Of a DNA stretch of 64,000 nucleotides, positions 17,047-26,175 are shown piece by piece. The first letter of the stretch is position 1, and the number at the start of each line of letters is the position of its first letter. Position numbers and translations under genes: made by a program. Source of the DNA: Patescibacteria group bacterium (GTDB taxonomy: Bacteria; Patescibacteriota; Patescibacteriia; UBA2196); NCBI GenBank assembly GCA_028748975.1, contig JAQTPI010000005.1, positions 8,933-72,932 of the forward strand, in the 5' to 3' direction. The notes under the pieces are model-generated. The model did no database searches and was not told the origin of the DNA. It saw only the letters and a list, made by a program, of their open reading frames with translations.

Positions 17047-17196
17047 ATGAGAAAAGATATGGTGGTGGATGTCACACTTACATGCATTTGTGGACACAAA
17101 TTCACTCGGAAAGTCAAAGCCGGAAAGTGTCGGGACATCAAATGTCCGAAGTGCAAAACGGTATGCCTACACTTCAATCTAATTGGATTGGAATAA
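17047..17196 (+). CDS. small zinc-ribbon protein (ORF track shows 16987..17196)
   Basis: MRKDMVVDVTLTCICGHKF...CPKCKTVC; SD 6 nt upstream. Confidence 0.5.
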   Translation: MRKDMVVDVTLTCICGHKFTRKVKAGKCRDIKCPKCKTVCLHFNLIGLE

Positions 17197-17224
17197 ATTA
17201 AATAATTCCTTCCAGGTCATTTGC

Positions 17225-17254
17225 AGGCGAAGTAAAATTCGCCTGTTTTTTTAT
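17225..17254 (+). terminator. rho-independent terminator
   Basis: caggcgaagtaaaattcgcctgttttttt. Confidence 0.7.
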
Positions 17255-17260
17255 TTTCTA

Positions 17261-17320
17261 GATCCCAGGTCACCCGCCCGACTGCTTCGCACTCGAAGCG
17301 GGCGGGAGCCCGGGATGACA
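17261..17320. mobile_element. short MITE-like element
   Basis: gatcccaggtcacccgcccgactgcttcgcactcgaagcgggcgggagcccgggatgaca. Confidence 0.5.
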
Positions 17321-17329
17321 AATTATTTT

Positions 17330-18562
17330 TTATTTCAATAATTTTATAATCTCTTTATCACTCATCAATTTCACTTCCTTCTCTCCCCTCTTTTTATATT
17401 CAATTTTATCTCCTGTTTTTTCACTGACAACCAAACGATGAGTGATGCCGATTAAATCCGCTTCGGAAAGTTTTTGGCCGGCACTGGCGTCTTCGCGGTC
17501 GTCAAACAAAACATCAATCCCCTCTTTAATTAATTGATTATATAAATTTTCCGCGTCTTTTACATCTTTTTTCAAATTAATTAAATGCGCCTTAAAGGGT
17601 GAAACATTTTCCGGCCAAATTATGCCTTTGTCATCATTAAAGACTTCGGCTAAAGTTCCCATGGCGCGCGAGGGCCCAAGGCCATAGCAACCCATAATTA
17701 TTGGTTGTTCCTGATTTTTTTCATCAACGAATTTAAAATTAAAAGCGTTGGAAAATTTGGTGCCGAGCTTAAAAATGTTACCGACCTCAATGGCTTTTTT
17801 CTCCACCAATTTTTTATTGCCGCATTCAGGGCAAGTTTTTTGTTCATTAATTAATTCTTTATTAACAGCCACGTGGCATTTTTCACAAAGATAAATTGTA
17901 TCTTCGCCGGTGGCACAGAGGGTTTGGTATTCATGAGAATATTTGGAAAAAGTTCCGCCGGAAGCATAGGTTTTGACGGTAATTTTGTCCAAACCCAATC
18001 TTTCCCAAATTTTTTCGTAGGCCTGCTCTACTTTTTCATAATATTGGTCCAAATCTTTTTGGTTGATATGAAAAGAATATAAATCTTTCATGCGAAATTC
18101 ACGGCCGCGCAGAAGCCCGGATTTGGCGCGCGGTTCGTTTCTGAATTTGGTTTGAATCTGATAGACGGCTTTGGGCAGATCTTTATAGGAAAAAATGATT
18201 TTTTGCGCCAAAGGCGTGACAGTTTCTTCGTGGGTTGGGCCCAGGGCCAAATCTTTTTCGCCGGCGCCTTTGAGGCGAAACAAAACATCCATGTCCCAGC
18301 GGCCTGTTTTTTCCCAAATTTCACGCGGCTGAAGCGCTGGCATTAAAATTTCCTGACCGCCGACAGCGTTCATTTCTTCGCGGATGATTTGCTCAATTTT
18401 TTGGAGCACGCGCAGTCCCAGAGGCAGAAACTGATAAACACCGGCCATGAGTTTATCAATATAGCCGGCGCGGACCAGCATTTTGGCGCTGATGGCTTCT
18501 TCGTCTTTGGGAAATTCTTTAAGTGTTCGGTAAAATAGTTGAGATTGTTTCATATGATACAC
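17330..18562 (-). CDS. proS: prolyl-tRNA synthetase (short form without editing insertion)
   Basis: class II aaRS motifs, C-terminal anticodon-binding/zinc region (CPECG); 410 aa. Confidence 0.85.
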   Translation of the reverse strand: MYHMKQSQLFYRTLKEFPKDEEAISAKMLVRAGYIDKLMAGVYQFLPLGLRVLQKIEQIIREEMNAVGGQEILMPALQPREIWEKTGRWDMDVLFRLKGAGEKDLALGPTHEETVTPLAQKIIFSYKDLPKAVYQIQTKFRNEPRAKSGLLRGREFRMKDLYSFHINQKDLDQYYEKVEQAYEKIWERLGLDKITVKTYASGGTFSKYSHEYQTLCATGEDTIYLCEKCHVAVNKELINEQKTCPECGNKKLVEKKAIEVGNIFKLGTKFSNAFNFKFVDEKNQEQPIIMGCYGLGPSRAMGTLAEVFNDDKGIIWPENVSPFKAHLINLKKDVKDAENLYNQLIKEGIDVLFDDREDASAGQKLSEADLIGITHRLVVSEKTGDKIEYKKRGEKEVKLMSDKEIIKLLK

Positions 18563-18577
18563 GAATGAATATGCGAA

Positions 18578-18652
18578 TTATTTGCCCGCCTCGCGTCGAC
18601 TTGTGTTTGACGCGAGTCGAGGCGGGCGAATTTTTTGCGAATAATAAGCTAA
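18578..18652. repeat. GC-rich palindromic element (family C) directly upstream of proS start
   Basis: tgcgaattatttgcccgcctcgcgtcgacttgtgtttgacgcgagtcgaggcgggcgaattttttgcgaata; homologous copy 56021-56095 upstream of the DUF4012-like gene. Confidence 0.6.
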
Positions 18653-18697
18653 TTTGTTAATTATTTAATTACTTTTATTATACTTGAAAGATTAGTG

Positions 18698-18726
18698 CTT
18701 GACAAGTTTTTGGCGATTTGCTAAGA
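18698..18726 (+). promoter_or_regulatory. sigma70-like promoter (TTGACA-17-TAAGAT)
   Basis: cttgacaagtttttggcgatttgctaagat, then leader with SD aaggaggg before ATG 18793. Confidence 0.5.
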
Positions 18727-18792
18727 TAAAGATACAAAAATGAAAAAGTTTTTTGAACCGTTCATAAAACATAAATAAACAAGGAGGGTACT

Positions 18793-19098
18793 ATGTTATT
18801 ATTAAAAGGGCACAGAAAAATAAGTTTAAATGGCTGGCGGTTAGAAAGATGGTATCAACTTTCAAGAGTATATACAATCCCTGGAAATATCGACAGCAAT
18901 CCTGGGGGTGAAGAACATGTTGATTCTTTTGGCTATTTTCCTTATGAAAAAACAGCGAGGATTTATTATAAAAAAGAAGGGCTTCGAATAGGGCGTGGTT
19001 ATAGAATAAGTATTATGCCAATTATTGTTTTAACAAAAGACGGAATCTCTGGTTATATCCTGGATACTGGTAATTGTATCAAAATTCATACCCCATAG
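18793..19098 (+). CDS. hypothetical protein
   Basis: 101 aa, strong SD. Confidence 0.45.
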   Translation: MLLLKGHRKISLNGWRLERWYQLSRVYTIPGNIDSNPGGEEHVDSFGYFPYEKTARIYYKKEGLRIGRGYRISIMPIIVLTKDGISGYILDTGNCIKIHTP

Positions 19099-19674
19099 AC
19101 CACCTTGAAGAAGCGGGACCGACAATTCAGTTTGGTTCCGCTGTTTTATTTGAGAAACAAAAATTTGAGAAACAAAAATCAGAATTTTCATTAACTGATT
19201 TTCCACGCGGGAGTCAAAAATAAAAACTCGCCGGACAAATACTTCGGCGAGTTGAAAATTTTTGCGTAGTTGCTTTTGTTTTCTTAATTCTTTTAATAGA
19301 TTTTCAAAAAAACAGTCGGCGGGCAAATAATCTATAAAAAAGAAAGTTTCTTTATCTCCTTTTAACCAGTAGCCGTATAAAACCAGGGCTTTATTAGAAT
19401 AGTAATCTTTTTCAAACAATTTGACCTGGTTTGTATCTGTTGATAGTCTCGCAACACAGAAAATACTTTCAGTGTCTGGTGTGATAGCGGCAAAACCGAC
19501 ACAGCTTGCTAAACTATCTAAATCTTTATAAACATTACCAACTGGCCTGACGAGGATAAAAAGTATTTCATTTTTCTTTTGGGAATGATTTTGGTAGAGG
19601 AAAAAAGCGATTAAGGTAGATGTAACTAAAACAATTATAATCAAAATAATCAAAAAGGTTCGTTTTTTCCGCAC
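19030..19674 (-). CDS. membrane-anchored hypothetical protein
   Basis: N-terminal TM; C-terminal IFVSQIFVSQI from 15-bp tandem repeat; overlaps preceding ORF, boundaries uncertain. Confidence 0.45.
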   Translation of the reverse strand: MRKKRTFLIILIIIVLVTSTLIAFFLYQNHSQKKNEILFILVRPVGNVYKDLDSLASCVGFAAITPDTESIFCVARLSTDTNQVKLFEKDYYSNKALVLYGYWLKGDKETFFFIDYLPADCFFENLLKELRKQKQLRKNFQLAEVFVRRVFIFDSRVENQLMKILIFVSQIFVSQIKQRNQTELSVPLLQGGLWGMNFDTITSIQDITRDSVFC

Positions 19675-19773
19675 TTTTTTCTCCTTTTATAAATTAGTAA
19701 ACGATCAATGTAATTTTATTATAGCAAAACATGAAAATAAGTCAAGAATAAACCGATTAATTATATTTATGAC

Positions 19774-19803
19774 CATTTACCCATTCGTACGAATGGGTAA
19801 ATG
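19774..19803. promoter_or_regulatory. perfect 30-bp palindrome (possible operator or terminator)
   Basis: catttacccattcgtacgaatgggtaaatg equals its reverse complement. Confidence 0.4.
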
Positions 19804-19861
19804 AGGATAGATTAAATAGATACAAGCCGGGTTATAATTTAATTTATTTAGATTAATATTT

Positions 19862-21025
19862 TTAGAATATTTTATGAATGATCTGTCCGCCCCAACGCGC
19901 CAGGTCGCGGTAAGTGACGAGGACTACCAAAAGCATCAGCACGGCAAAGCCAATATTATGGACCAGACCCTCAACTTTTTGATTATTTTTTTTGCCGCGG
20001 ATTTTTTCTATGGCCACAAAAAGCAAACGGCCGCCGTCCAGCGCTGGAAAAGGCAAGATATTAATGATGCCTAAATTTAAAGACAAAAGCGCGGTAAATT
20101 GCAGCATATAAATCCAGCCCAATTCCATTACTTGGCCGGTCATGACCGCGATGCCGATGGGTCCGGAAAGATCGGCGGAAACCTCACCTTTGGTAAAAAT
20201 ATTTCTAATAACATCAAAAAGCGCCAAAAGAATGGCCCAAATCATGATGCCGGTGTTTTTAATTCCCTGCCAGATGGCTTCATACCAGGCATAGGAAACA
20301 ACCGCGGTACGCATGAGCCCTACGCCCAAAACCGCGTGGCCATCAGAAGTTTCTAAAATTTTTGGCACCACTTGAATGGTTAAGATGTTTTCCCCTCTTT
20401 TAACTTTAATTTCCACCAGGAGCCCATTTTTTTCCGCGGTATAATCCTGAATTTGTTTGATTTCAGCCATTGTTTTGTCATCAAGAGTTAAAATGGCATC
20501 GCCGACCTTAAGCCCGGCGATTTCGGCCGGCGAATCGGAATTAACTGAAATAATTTGAATTTGATTATCACGCACGTTTTTGGCGTTATGAAGCACGCCA
20601 TCTTCAATGGCCGTGGGCAAACCAATGCCAAATCCAACGGAAAACAAAATTACACAAAGTAAAAAATTTCCCAAAACGCCGGCGGTCAGGATGGCGGCTT
20701 TTTGCCAGGATCTTTTATTAACAAAACTGTCTTTATCGTTTTCACCAACCCCATCTTCGCCTTTGATTTTGACGAAGCCGCCAATGGGCAGGCGATTTAA
20801 AGAATAAACGGTAGAGGGCGCGGTTTCGGCCTTAAATTTGGAGCCCCAAATGATTTTTCTTTTGCCTTCAGAATTTTTATAAAATCCAACCAAGCGCGGC
20901 GGAAAACCCAGGCCGAATTCTTCAATTTTGGTGCCGGTGGCGCGAGCAACAAAAAAATGCCCGGCTTCGTGGACCAGGACGATTATTCCTAAAATGACGA
21001 TAAAAACGAGGATGGTTAGCAACAT
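19862..21025 (-). CDS. rseP: RIP metalloprotease RseP (site-2 protease) with PDZ domain
   Basis: HEAGH zinc motif in first TM, PDZ region, 387 aa. Confidence 0.85.
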   Translation of the reverse strand: MLLTILVFIVILGIIVLVHEAGHFFVARATGTKIEEFGLGFPPRLVGFYKNSEGKRKIIWGSKFKAETAPSTVYSLNRLPIGGFVKIKGEDGVGENDKDSFVNKRSWQKAAILTAGVLGNFLLCVILFSVGFGIGLPTAIEDGVLHNAKNVRDNQIQIISVNSDSPAEIAGLKVGDAILTLDDKTMAEIKQIQDYTAEKNGLLVEIKVKRGENILTIQVVPKILETSDGHAVLGVGLMRTAVVSYAWYEAIWQGIKNTGIMIWAILLALFDVIRNIFTKGEVSADLSGPIGIAVMTGQVMELGWIYMLQFTALLSLNLGIINILPFPALDGGRLLFVAIEKIRGKKNNQKVEGLVHNIGFAVLMLLVVLVTYRDLARWGGQIIHKIF

Positions 21026-21143
21026 AATTTAATAAATTCCAAGCTCCAAGCACCAATTTCCAAACAAATCTCAAATTTCAATGATCAAAATTCAAAAACC
21101 GTCGTGTTTAGAATTTGAAATTTGATATTTAGAATTTGTTTGT

Positions 21144-21197
21144 GGTTGTCCTTAGGACAACCATCCCGCAATTCTGCGGGATGCCAGCGGAGCTGGC
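21144..21197. repeat. three consecutive GC-rich hairpins between frr and rseP
   Basis: ggttgtccttaggacaacc; cccgcaattctgcggg; gccagcggagctggc. Confidence 0.5.
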
Positions 21198-21220
21198 ATT
21201 TGGGATTTGTGATTTGGTGC

Positions 21221-21766
21221 TTATTGCAATATCTCCTTCTCTTTTTTCTCCCCCATCTCTTCCACTTTGGCAGTGTATTCGCGAGTGGTTTTGTCCAAAT
21301 CTTCTTGGAGGCGAAATTTACTGTCTTCATCAATGTCTTTGTTTTTTTCCGCGGTTTGAATTTCATTTCTGATTTCATCACGCAGAGCGCGCAGGGAAAT
21401 TCTAGATTTTTCTATTTTTTCGTTCAAAAGTTTGATGACTTGCTTCCGCGTGTCTTCGGTCATGGGCGGCATGGTCAGGCGCAAAAAATTACCCTCATTT
21501 TTAATGGAGAGGCCAAGCGAGGCTGTTTCCAGGGCTTTCTCCACGTCTTTCAAAATATTTTTATCCCAGGTTTCCACTAAAAGCTGGCGCGGTTCGGGCA
21601 CACTAATTGAACCAAGTTGAATTAGGGGCATTTTGGAGCCATAAACATCAACTTTGATATTTTCCACTAAAGACGGCGTGACGTTACTGGTACGCAGTCC
21701 GCCAATTTCTATTTTGGTGTGCTCTAAAATTTTTTCAAAAAATTCTTTTTTGTCTTGAATATTCAT
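21221..21766 (-). CDS. frr: ribosome recycling factor
   Basis: 181 aa, typical RRF sequence. Confidence 0.9.
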   Translation of the reverse strand: MNIQDKKEFFEKILEHTKIEIGGLRTSNVTPSLVENIKVDVYGSKMPLIQLGSISVPEPRQLLVETWDKNILKDVEKALETASLGLSIKNEGNFLRLTMPPMTEDTRKQVIKLLNEKIEKSRISLRALRDEIRNEIQTAEKNKDIDEDSKFRLQEDLDKTTREYTAKVEEMGEKKEKEILQ

Positions 21767-21773
21767 ATATTTT

Positions 21774-22841
21774 TTATAAAAAGAAAAATGGTTTATTATT
21801 TACGACCGCGACACCAAAATAAATAGTATTGACTGTTTCCGAATCAACGATTAAAAAAGAAACGGCGCGAGTGGTCGGAGCTTTAACCGAAAGCCAGGTT
21901 TTACCCGCGTCAAAAGAATGATAAATGGTATCGTCGGTGGCATAGTAAAGGTGTTTGTTGTTTTGCGGATTAATAGCCAGGGTGTTGATGATGGCGGTAT
22001 TGTCCGGTGTGAGTAATTTGATTTTTTGCCAGGTTTCACCACCATCAGTGGATCTAATGATACCAAAATCAGAGGCGTAAAGTAAACCATCGGCGAAGCC
22101 CGGATCAAGAACCAAAAAACGATATTGAGTGACAGAATAATTTAAATTCTCATATTTTTCTTTGAGATTTAACCAGGTTAAACCGCGATCGCTGGTTTTA
22201 TAAATACCCGCGTGCAAGGTGGCGGCATAAATAATTTTAGGATTTTTTTTATTAATTAGGATCTTTCTAATATTATCTTTGGTTTCATAAGACAGTTTCC
22301 AGCTTTCACCAGCATCAGTGCTTTGAAAAATTTCACCATTAGAGGTACCCATGATTAAACGCTGACTATCGGAGGGATCGATGGCAATTTGCGTAATTTG
22401 CACTTCAAGCCTGTTTTCCAGATAAATTTGGCGCCAGCTTTGGCCCTGGTCAATGGTTTTATAAATTTTATTATCAACCGCAAAATAGATTACGCCACGA
22501 CTTTTGGGATCGGGCGCCACAGAATAAACAAAACCAGTAGTAAAAATTTGACGCCATTCCTCGCCGCTATTTTCGGAAATAAAAAGCCCATTACCGCGGG
22601 TGGCCAGATAGAGCAAGGAATGATCGTGAGGATCGAAAACTATTTCTTTGGTGTTGATGTTACTGATATTGTTTTTTTTATTCCTAATCATAGCAGAATT
22701 TTTTTGTTCCCAATTCTCGCCATAATCGGAGGATTTAAAAACACCGCCGGTTTCTTGAGGTGAAGAAACAAAAGGAAATGAACAAGCGGTAGTGAGGAGA
22801 AGTAGACCTATTAAAATTGTAAATAATTTTATTTTGGACAT
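21774..22841 (-). CDS. BNR/Asp-box repeat beta-propeller lipoprotein
   Basis: lipobox LTTAC; repeated S.D.G.TW motifs (STDAGESW, TSDRGLTW, STDGGETW, SFDAGKTW). Confidence 0.7.
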   Translation of the reverse strand: MSKIKLFTILIGLLLLTTACSFPFVSSPQETGGVFKSSDYGENWEQKNSAMIRNKKNNISNINTKEIVFDPHDHSLLYLATRGNGLFISENSGEEWRQIFTTGFVYSVAPDPKSRGVIYFAVDNKIYKTIDQGQSWRQIYLENRLEVQITQIAIDPSDSQRLIMGTSNGEIFQSTDAGESWKLSYETKDNIRKILINKKNPKIIYAATLHAGIYKTSDRGLTWLNLKEKYENLNYSVTQYRFLVLDPGFADGLLYASDFGIIRSTDGGETWQKIKLLTPDNTAIINTLAINPQNNKHLYYATDDTIYHSFDAGKTWLSVKAPTTRAVSFLIVDSETVNTIYFGVAVVNNKPFFFL

Positions 22842-22855
22842 AGGTTTTGGGTGGT

Positions 22856-23028
22856 TGTCATCCTGAGCGATAGCGAAGGATCCCGTGGCCGAAGAGGAAG
22901 ATAATAAAGATATAAGGAAATAAGGATATAACAGGCTAATTTTATATATCTTTATATCTCTATATCCTTATATTTTTTCATTAAACAACGAGATCCCTCA
23001 TCCCGAGTATTCGGGACTCGGGATGACA
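22856..23028. mobile_element. full-length MITE-like element (family A)
   Basis: tgtcatcctgagcgatagcgaaggatcc ... AT-rich core ... gagatccctcatcccgagtattcgggactcgggatgaca. Confidence 0.7.
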
Positions 23029-23035
23029 AACGTTT

Positions 23036-24055
23036 TTAAAAATTCAATAGTATATTTTCCAACACCAATCTGGGATTGGCGTTTTGCCTTAAATATAGTT
23101 TGGAGTTTTCCAGATCGCGATTGATTTTAACCAAGCGGTCGGCCTCAAAATAGGGCGCTAAACGTTCCAATTCGCTTTTGATCTTGCTATTGATAATTAT
23201 ATCAGATAAACCAAGTTTGGACAACAAAATATCCCGAAAGATTGTCTGCCAGAAACCAAGCAAGGGGAAAAGCGCTTCACTTTGTTCCAACAGCGTCCCT
23301 TTTTCGGAAAGCAGAGCTTCGGCAAATTTTATTTTTTCATGGTTTTTGGCAGAAACGAGTTTAAAAAAAGTATTGAGATTGTCAAGATATTTTTGCCAGA
23401 GATCTTTATTTTTAAGATAAGAAAGCGCCACGCCGGGCCGGCCGCCCGAAAGCGTGGCGATGGGCCAGGCGCTTTCCCGCGGCACGTTTTTTTCTTTAAT
23501 CAGAAATTCATAAATTTCTTTTTTCCCTACGGGCAAAAAATGAATTTTCTGACTGCGGGAAACAATGGTTTTGGGCAAACCATCAATTCTCTCGGCAATT
23601 AAAATTATAATGGTGCGGCCGCGCGGTTCTTCCAAAACTTTCAAAAGAGCGTTGGCGGCTGACAGCGACAGATTTTCCGCGCCGGAAATTATGGCGATTT
23701 TATATGATTTGAAAAATGATTTAGCGGAAAGTTTATCTTTGATTTCACGGATTTGTTCCACGGAAATATTTTTATCGCCAGTTTCCTTAGCCAACCAAAA
23801 AAAATCAGGATGAATTTTTTTGCCAACTTCCCGGCAAAACTCGCATGCTCCACAGGGAACGGTTTTAAGGTCGGCGCGCCCTTCCTCTTTTTGGTGTTCA
23901 TAACACAAAAGCGCTTTGACAAATTGCATAGCAGTCTCGTTTTTACCGACATTTTTGGGGCCATAAAAAAGATAGGCCTGCGCCAAGCGCTTGCTTTCAA
24001 TGGAATTTTCCAGATATTTAAGAATATTTTTATGGCCGATGAGGGACCAGTTCAT
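23036..24055 (-). CDS. holB: DNA polymerase III subunit delta'
   Basis: AYLFYGPKNVGK P-loop-like motif, clamp-loader family architecture, Cys cluster CGACEFC. Confidence 0.75.
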   Translation of the reverse strand: MNWSLIGHKNILKYLENSIESKRLAQAYLFYGPKNVGKNETAMQFVKALLCYEHQKEEGRADLKTVPCGACEFCREVGKKIHPDFFWLAKETGDKNISVEQIREIKDKLSAKSFFKSYKIAIISGAENLSLSAANALLKVLEEPRGRTIIILIAERIDGLPKTIVSRSQKIHFLPVGKKEIYEFLIKEKNVPRESAWPIATLSGGRPGVALSYLKNKDLWQKYLDNLNTFFKLVSAKNHEKIKFAEALLSEKGTLLEQSEALFPLLGFWQTIFRDILLSKLGLSDIIINSKIKSELERLAPYFEADRLVKINRDLENSKLYLRQNANPRLVLENILLNF

Positions 24056-24100
24056 AAAATCATTTTAGCATGTTAGTATTAGAGCATAAAAGCATTAAAA
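24053..24100 (-). promoter_or_regulatory. conserved upstream element with TGCTAAAAT-N6-ATG
   Basis: minus strand reads ...catgctaaaatgattttATG; shared with starts at 26144 and 30252, with direct repeats of gcttttatgc. Confidence 0.5.
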
Positions 24101-24282
24101 CAAATGGTTAATCGTTCGGCTGCCGCTTCAAAAGAATTTTGGTATAAAAGCGAGCTGAGTCGGAACAATTTTCTGCCGCAGCAGAAAAAATTTTGCTTCT
24201 GTCTGACGCAGTTCCGCCGAAGCTCAACAGAGCGAGGCGGAACAAGGAGTTAACAAAATTAGTGACGACGAAGCCGCTTTTG

Positions 24283-25140
24283 TCAAAATTCTTTTGCCGC
24301 GGCGATTTTGGCGCCACCTTTATAAAAAGGTGGCTGGAAATTTCTCCATTTCCAAAAATATTTAAACCAAGAAATGATATGGATAAAAGTATTTTCCGTA
24401 AAGATATCCAAAAACCACTTGTTTTTTTGCGAAGTGCGGGCGTAATAATGAATCATTTCGGCTTCGGGCAGATACCAAACTTCAAAACCTTTTTGCCAAA
24501 AACGGCGGCAGAGATCCGTGTCTTCCAGATACATAAAAAACCTCTCATCAAAACCGCCAATTTCCTGAAAATTATTTTTTCTAATCAGCATGGCCGCTCC
24601 CCTGACCCAGTCAATTTGGTGCGGGCCCTCCAAAACCACATCTTCCATAAAATATTTTTTGATTTTTTCTTTGCCGAATTTTAGATCGCCAAGGCCAGTG
24701 CGCACAAAAGCGGGAATGTAAATTTTGGGAAAGCGATAGCGCGAGGGCTGATAATTTTTATTGGGATAGAAAAACTTGGGCGCGACAATGCCGACTTTCT
24801 CGTTTTTTTCCAGAAAATCAACTAAATTTTCAATGGAATTTTCTGTCACCACCACGTCAGGATTTAGAATTAAAAGATATTGACCGGCGGCGATTGTGGC
24901 GCCGGCGTTATTGCCCGCGCCCATGCCCCGATTGTGGCGGAGAGGCAGAAATTTGATTTGGCCGTTATGAAGTTCCGCGCCGAATCTTTCTTTCAAAATT
25001 TGTTCCATTTTGTCATGAGAATTGTTGTCCACCACGATTATTTCATAAGGAAAATTCAAATTTAAGGCCAGAATGTTTTTCAGGCAGTGCTTGGCCAAAT
25101 TGGCGGTTTTATAGTTTAAAATTATTATAGAGAGAAGCAT
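24283..25140 (-). CDS. family 2 glycosyltransferase
   Basis: SIIILNYK...VVDNNS...DxD region. Confidence 0.8.
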   Translation of the reverse strand: MLLSIIILNYKTANLAKHCLKNILALNLNFPYEIIVVDNNSHDKMEQILKERFGAELHNGQIKFLPLRHNRGMGAGNNAGATIAAGQYLLILNPDVVVTENSIENLVDFLEKNEKVGIVAPKFFYPNKNYQPSRYRFPKIYIPAFVRTGLGDLKFGKEKIKKYFMEDVVLEGPHQIDWVRGAAMLIRKNNFQEIGGFDERFFMYLEDTDLCRRFWQKGFEVWYLPEAEMIHYYARTSQKNKWFLDIFTENTFIHIISWFKYFWKWRNFQPPFYKGGAKIAAAKEF

Positions 25141-25145
25141 AAAAA

Positions 25146-26144
25146 TTATTTTCTAATCAATTTTCTCTTGGCGCGCATTTTGGGTATTAATTTCAGGGCT
25201 TGGAAAAAACCTTTTAAGGTTGGCCAGTCAAAGAAGATTAAATAAACTAATTTGCGGAATTCATACCAAAAAATCGGGAAAAAGTTGCGCCAGAAATCGC
25301 GGGTGTTTTCGTTTTTTATTAGACATAAGAGATGGTTGCGATAGGAAAGGCGGCGGATTAAGCGGTTTTTCTTTTTATAAAATTTGGCCACGGACAAATT
25401 GGTATATTTTTTAGTGGTGGTGGGCGTACCGCGGAAATGATAGGCAGTGGCTTCGGGCACAAAAATTGCCTGGAAACCGGTTTGTTTAAGCCGCCAGCTT
25501 AGATCAATATCTTCTTTGTAGGAAAAGAAATCTTCATCAAAATATTCATGTCCGTATTTTATTTTTTCCAAGGCAGTGCGGCGATAGAGAACGGCGGCGG
25601 CGCAAAAACCAAAGGGATTTAAATTTTTATCATATTGGCCGCGGTCTTCTTCGCTCTCGCCGATATTAAGGAAACGACGATTGCGCTTCATCTCCAAACC
25701 GCAACTGTCAATTATTTTAGTTTTTTCAATTTCAAAAAAACCCTGGCCATAGGATTCACCGGAGTGGGCGCGTAGTAATTTTCCAGCCGCGCTGCCGATG
25801 TTTCTATCTTTTTCCATGACGGTCAAAAGTTTTTCCAGATAATCCGGTTCCAAAACAATATCAGCATTCAAAACCAAAACATAATCGGTGGCGCTCATCC
25901 TGATGGCTTGATTATAGCTTTTGGCAAAACCCAAATTTTGCGTGTTTCTCAAAATATGGACTTCGGGATATTCTTTTTGCAAAAAAGCTACCGAATTATC
26001 AACCGATCCGGAATCAACCACATCAATGGAAATTTTAATGTCATAATCCTCGCGCGTCAAAACCGACTGCTTGAAAATTGATTTCATCAGTTCGGGCAGA
26101 TATTTTTCAGAGTTCCAGGTGGCGAGGCAGATGGAGAGAGTCAT
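25146..26144 (-). CDS. family 2 glycosyltransferase
   Basis: GT2 N-terminal fold motifs (VVDSGSVDNS). Confidence 0.8.
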   Translation of the reverse strand: MTLSICLATWNSEKYLPELMKSIFKQSVLTREDYDIKISIDVVDSGSVDNSVAFLQKEYPEVHILRNTQNLGFAKSYNQAIRMSATDYVLVLNADIVLEPDYLEKLLTVMEKDRNIGSAAGKLLRAHSGESYGQGFFEIEKTKIIDSCGLEMKRNRRFLNIGESEEDRGQYDKNLNPFGFCAAAVLYRRTALEKIKYGHEYFDEDFFSYKEDIDLSWRLKQTGFQAIFVPEATAYHFRGTPTTTKKYTNLSVAKFYKKKNRLIRRLSYRNHLLCLIKNENTRDFWRNFFPIFWYEFRKLVYLIFFDWPTLKGFFQALKLIPKMRAKRKLIRK

Positions 26145-26175
26145 AAAAGCATTTTAGCATGTTAGCATAAAAACA

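Noticed and set aside
21085-21580. ORFs 21085..21381(-) and 21122..21580(+) near frr
   Set aside because: They overlap the well-supported frr gene and low-complexity intergenic repeats; composition is not protein-like.
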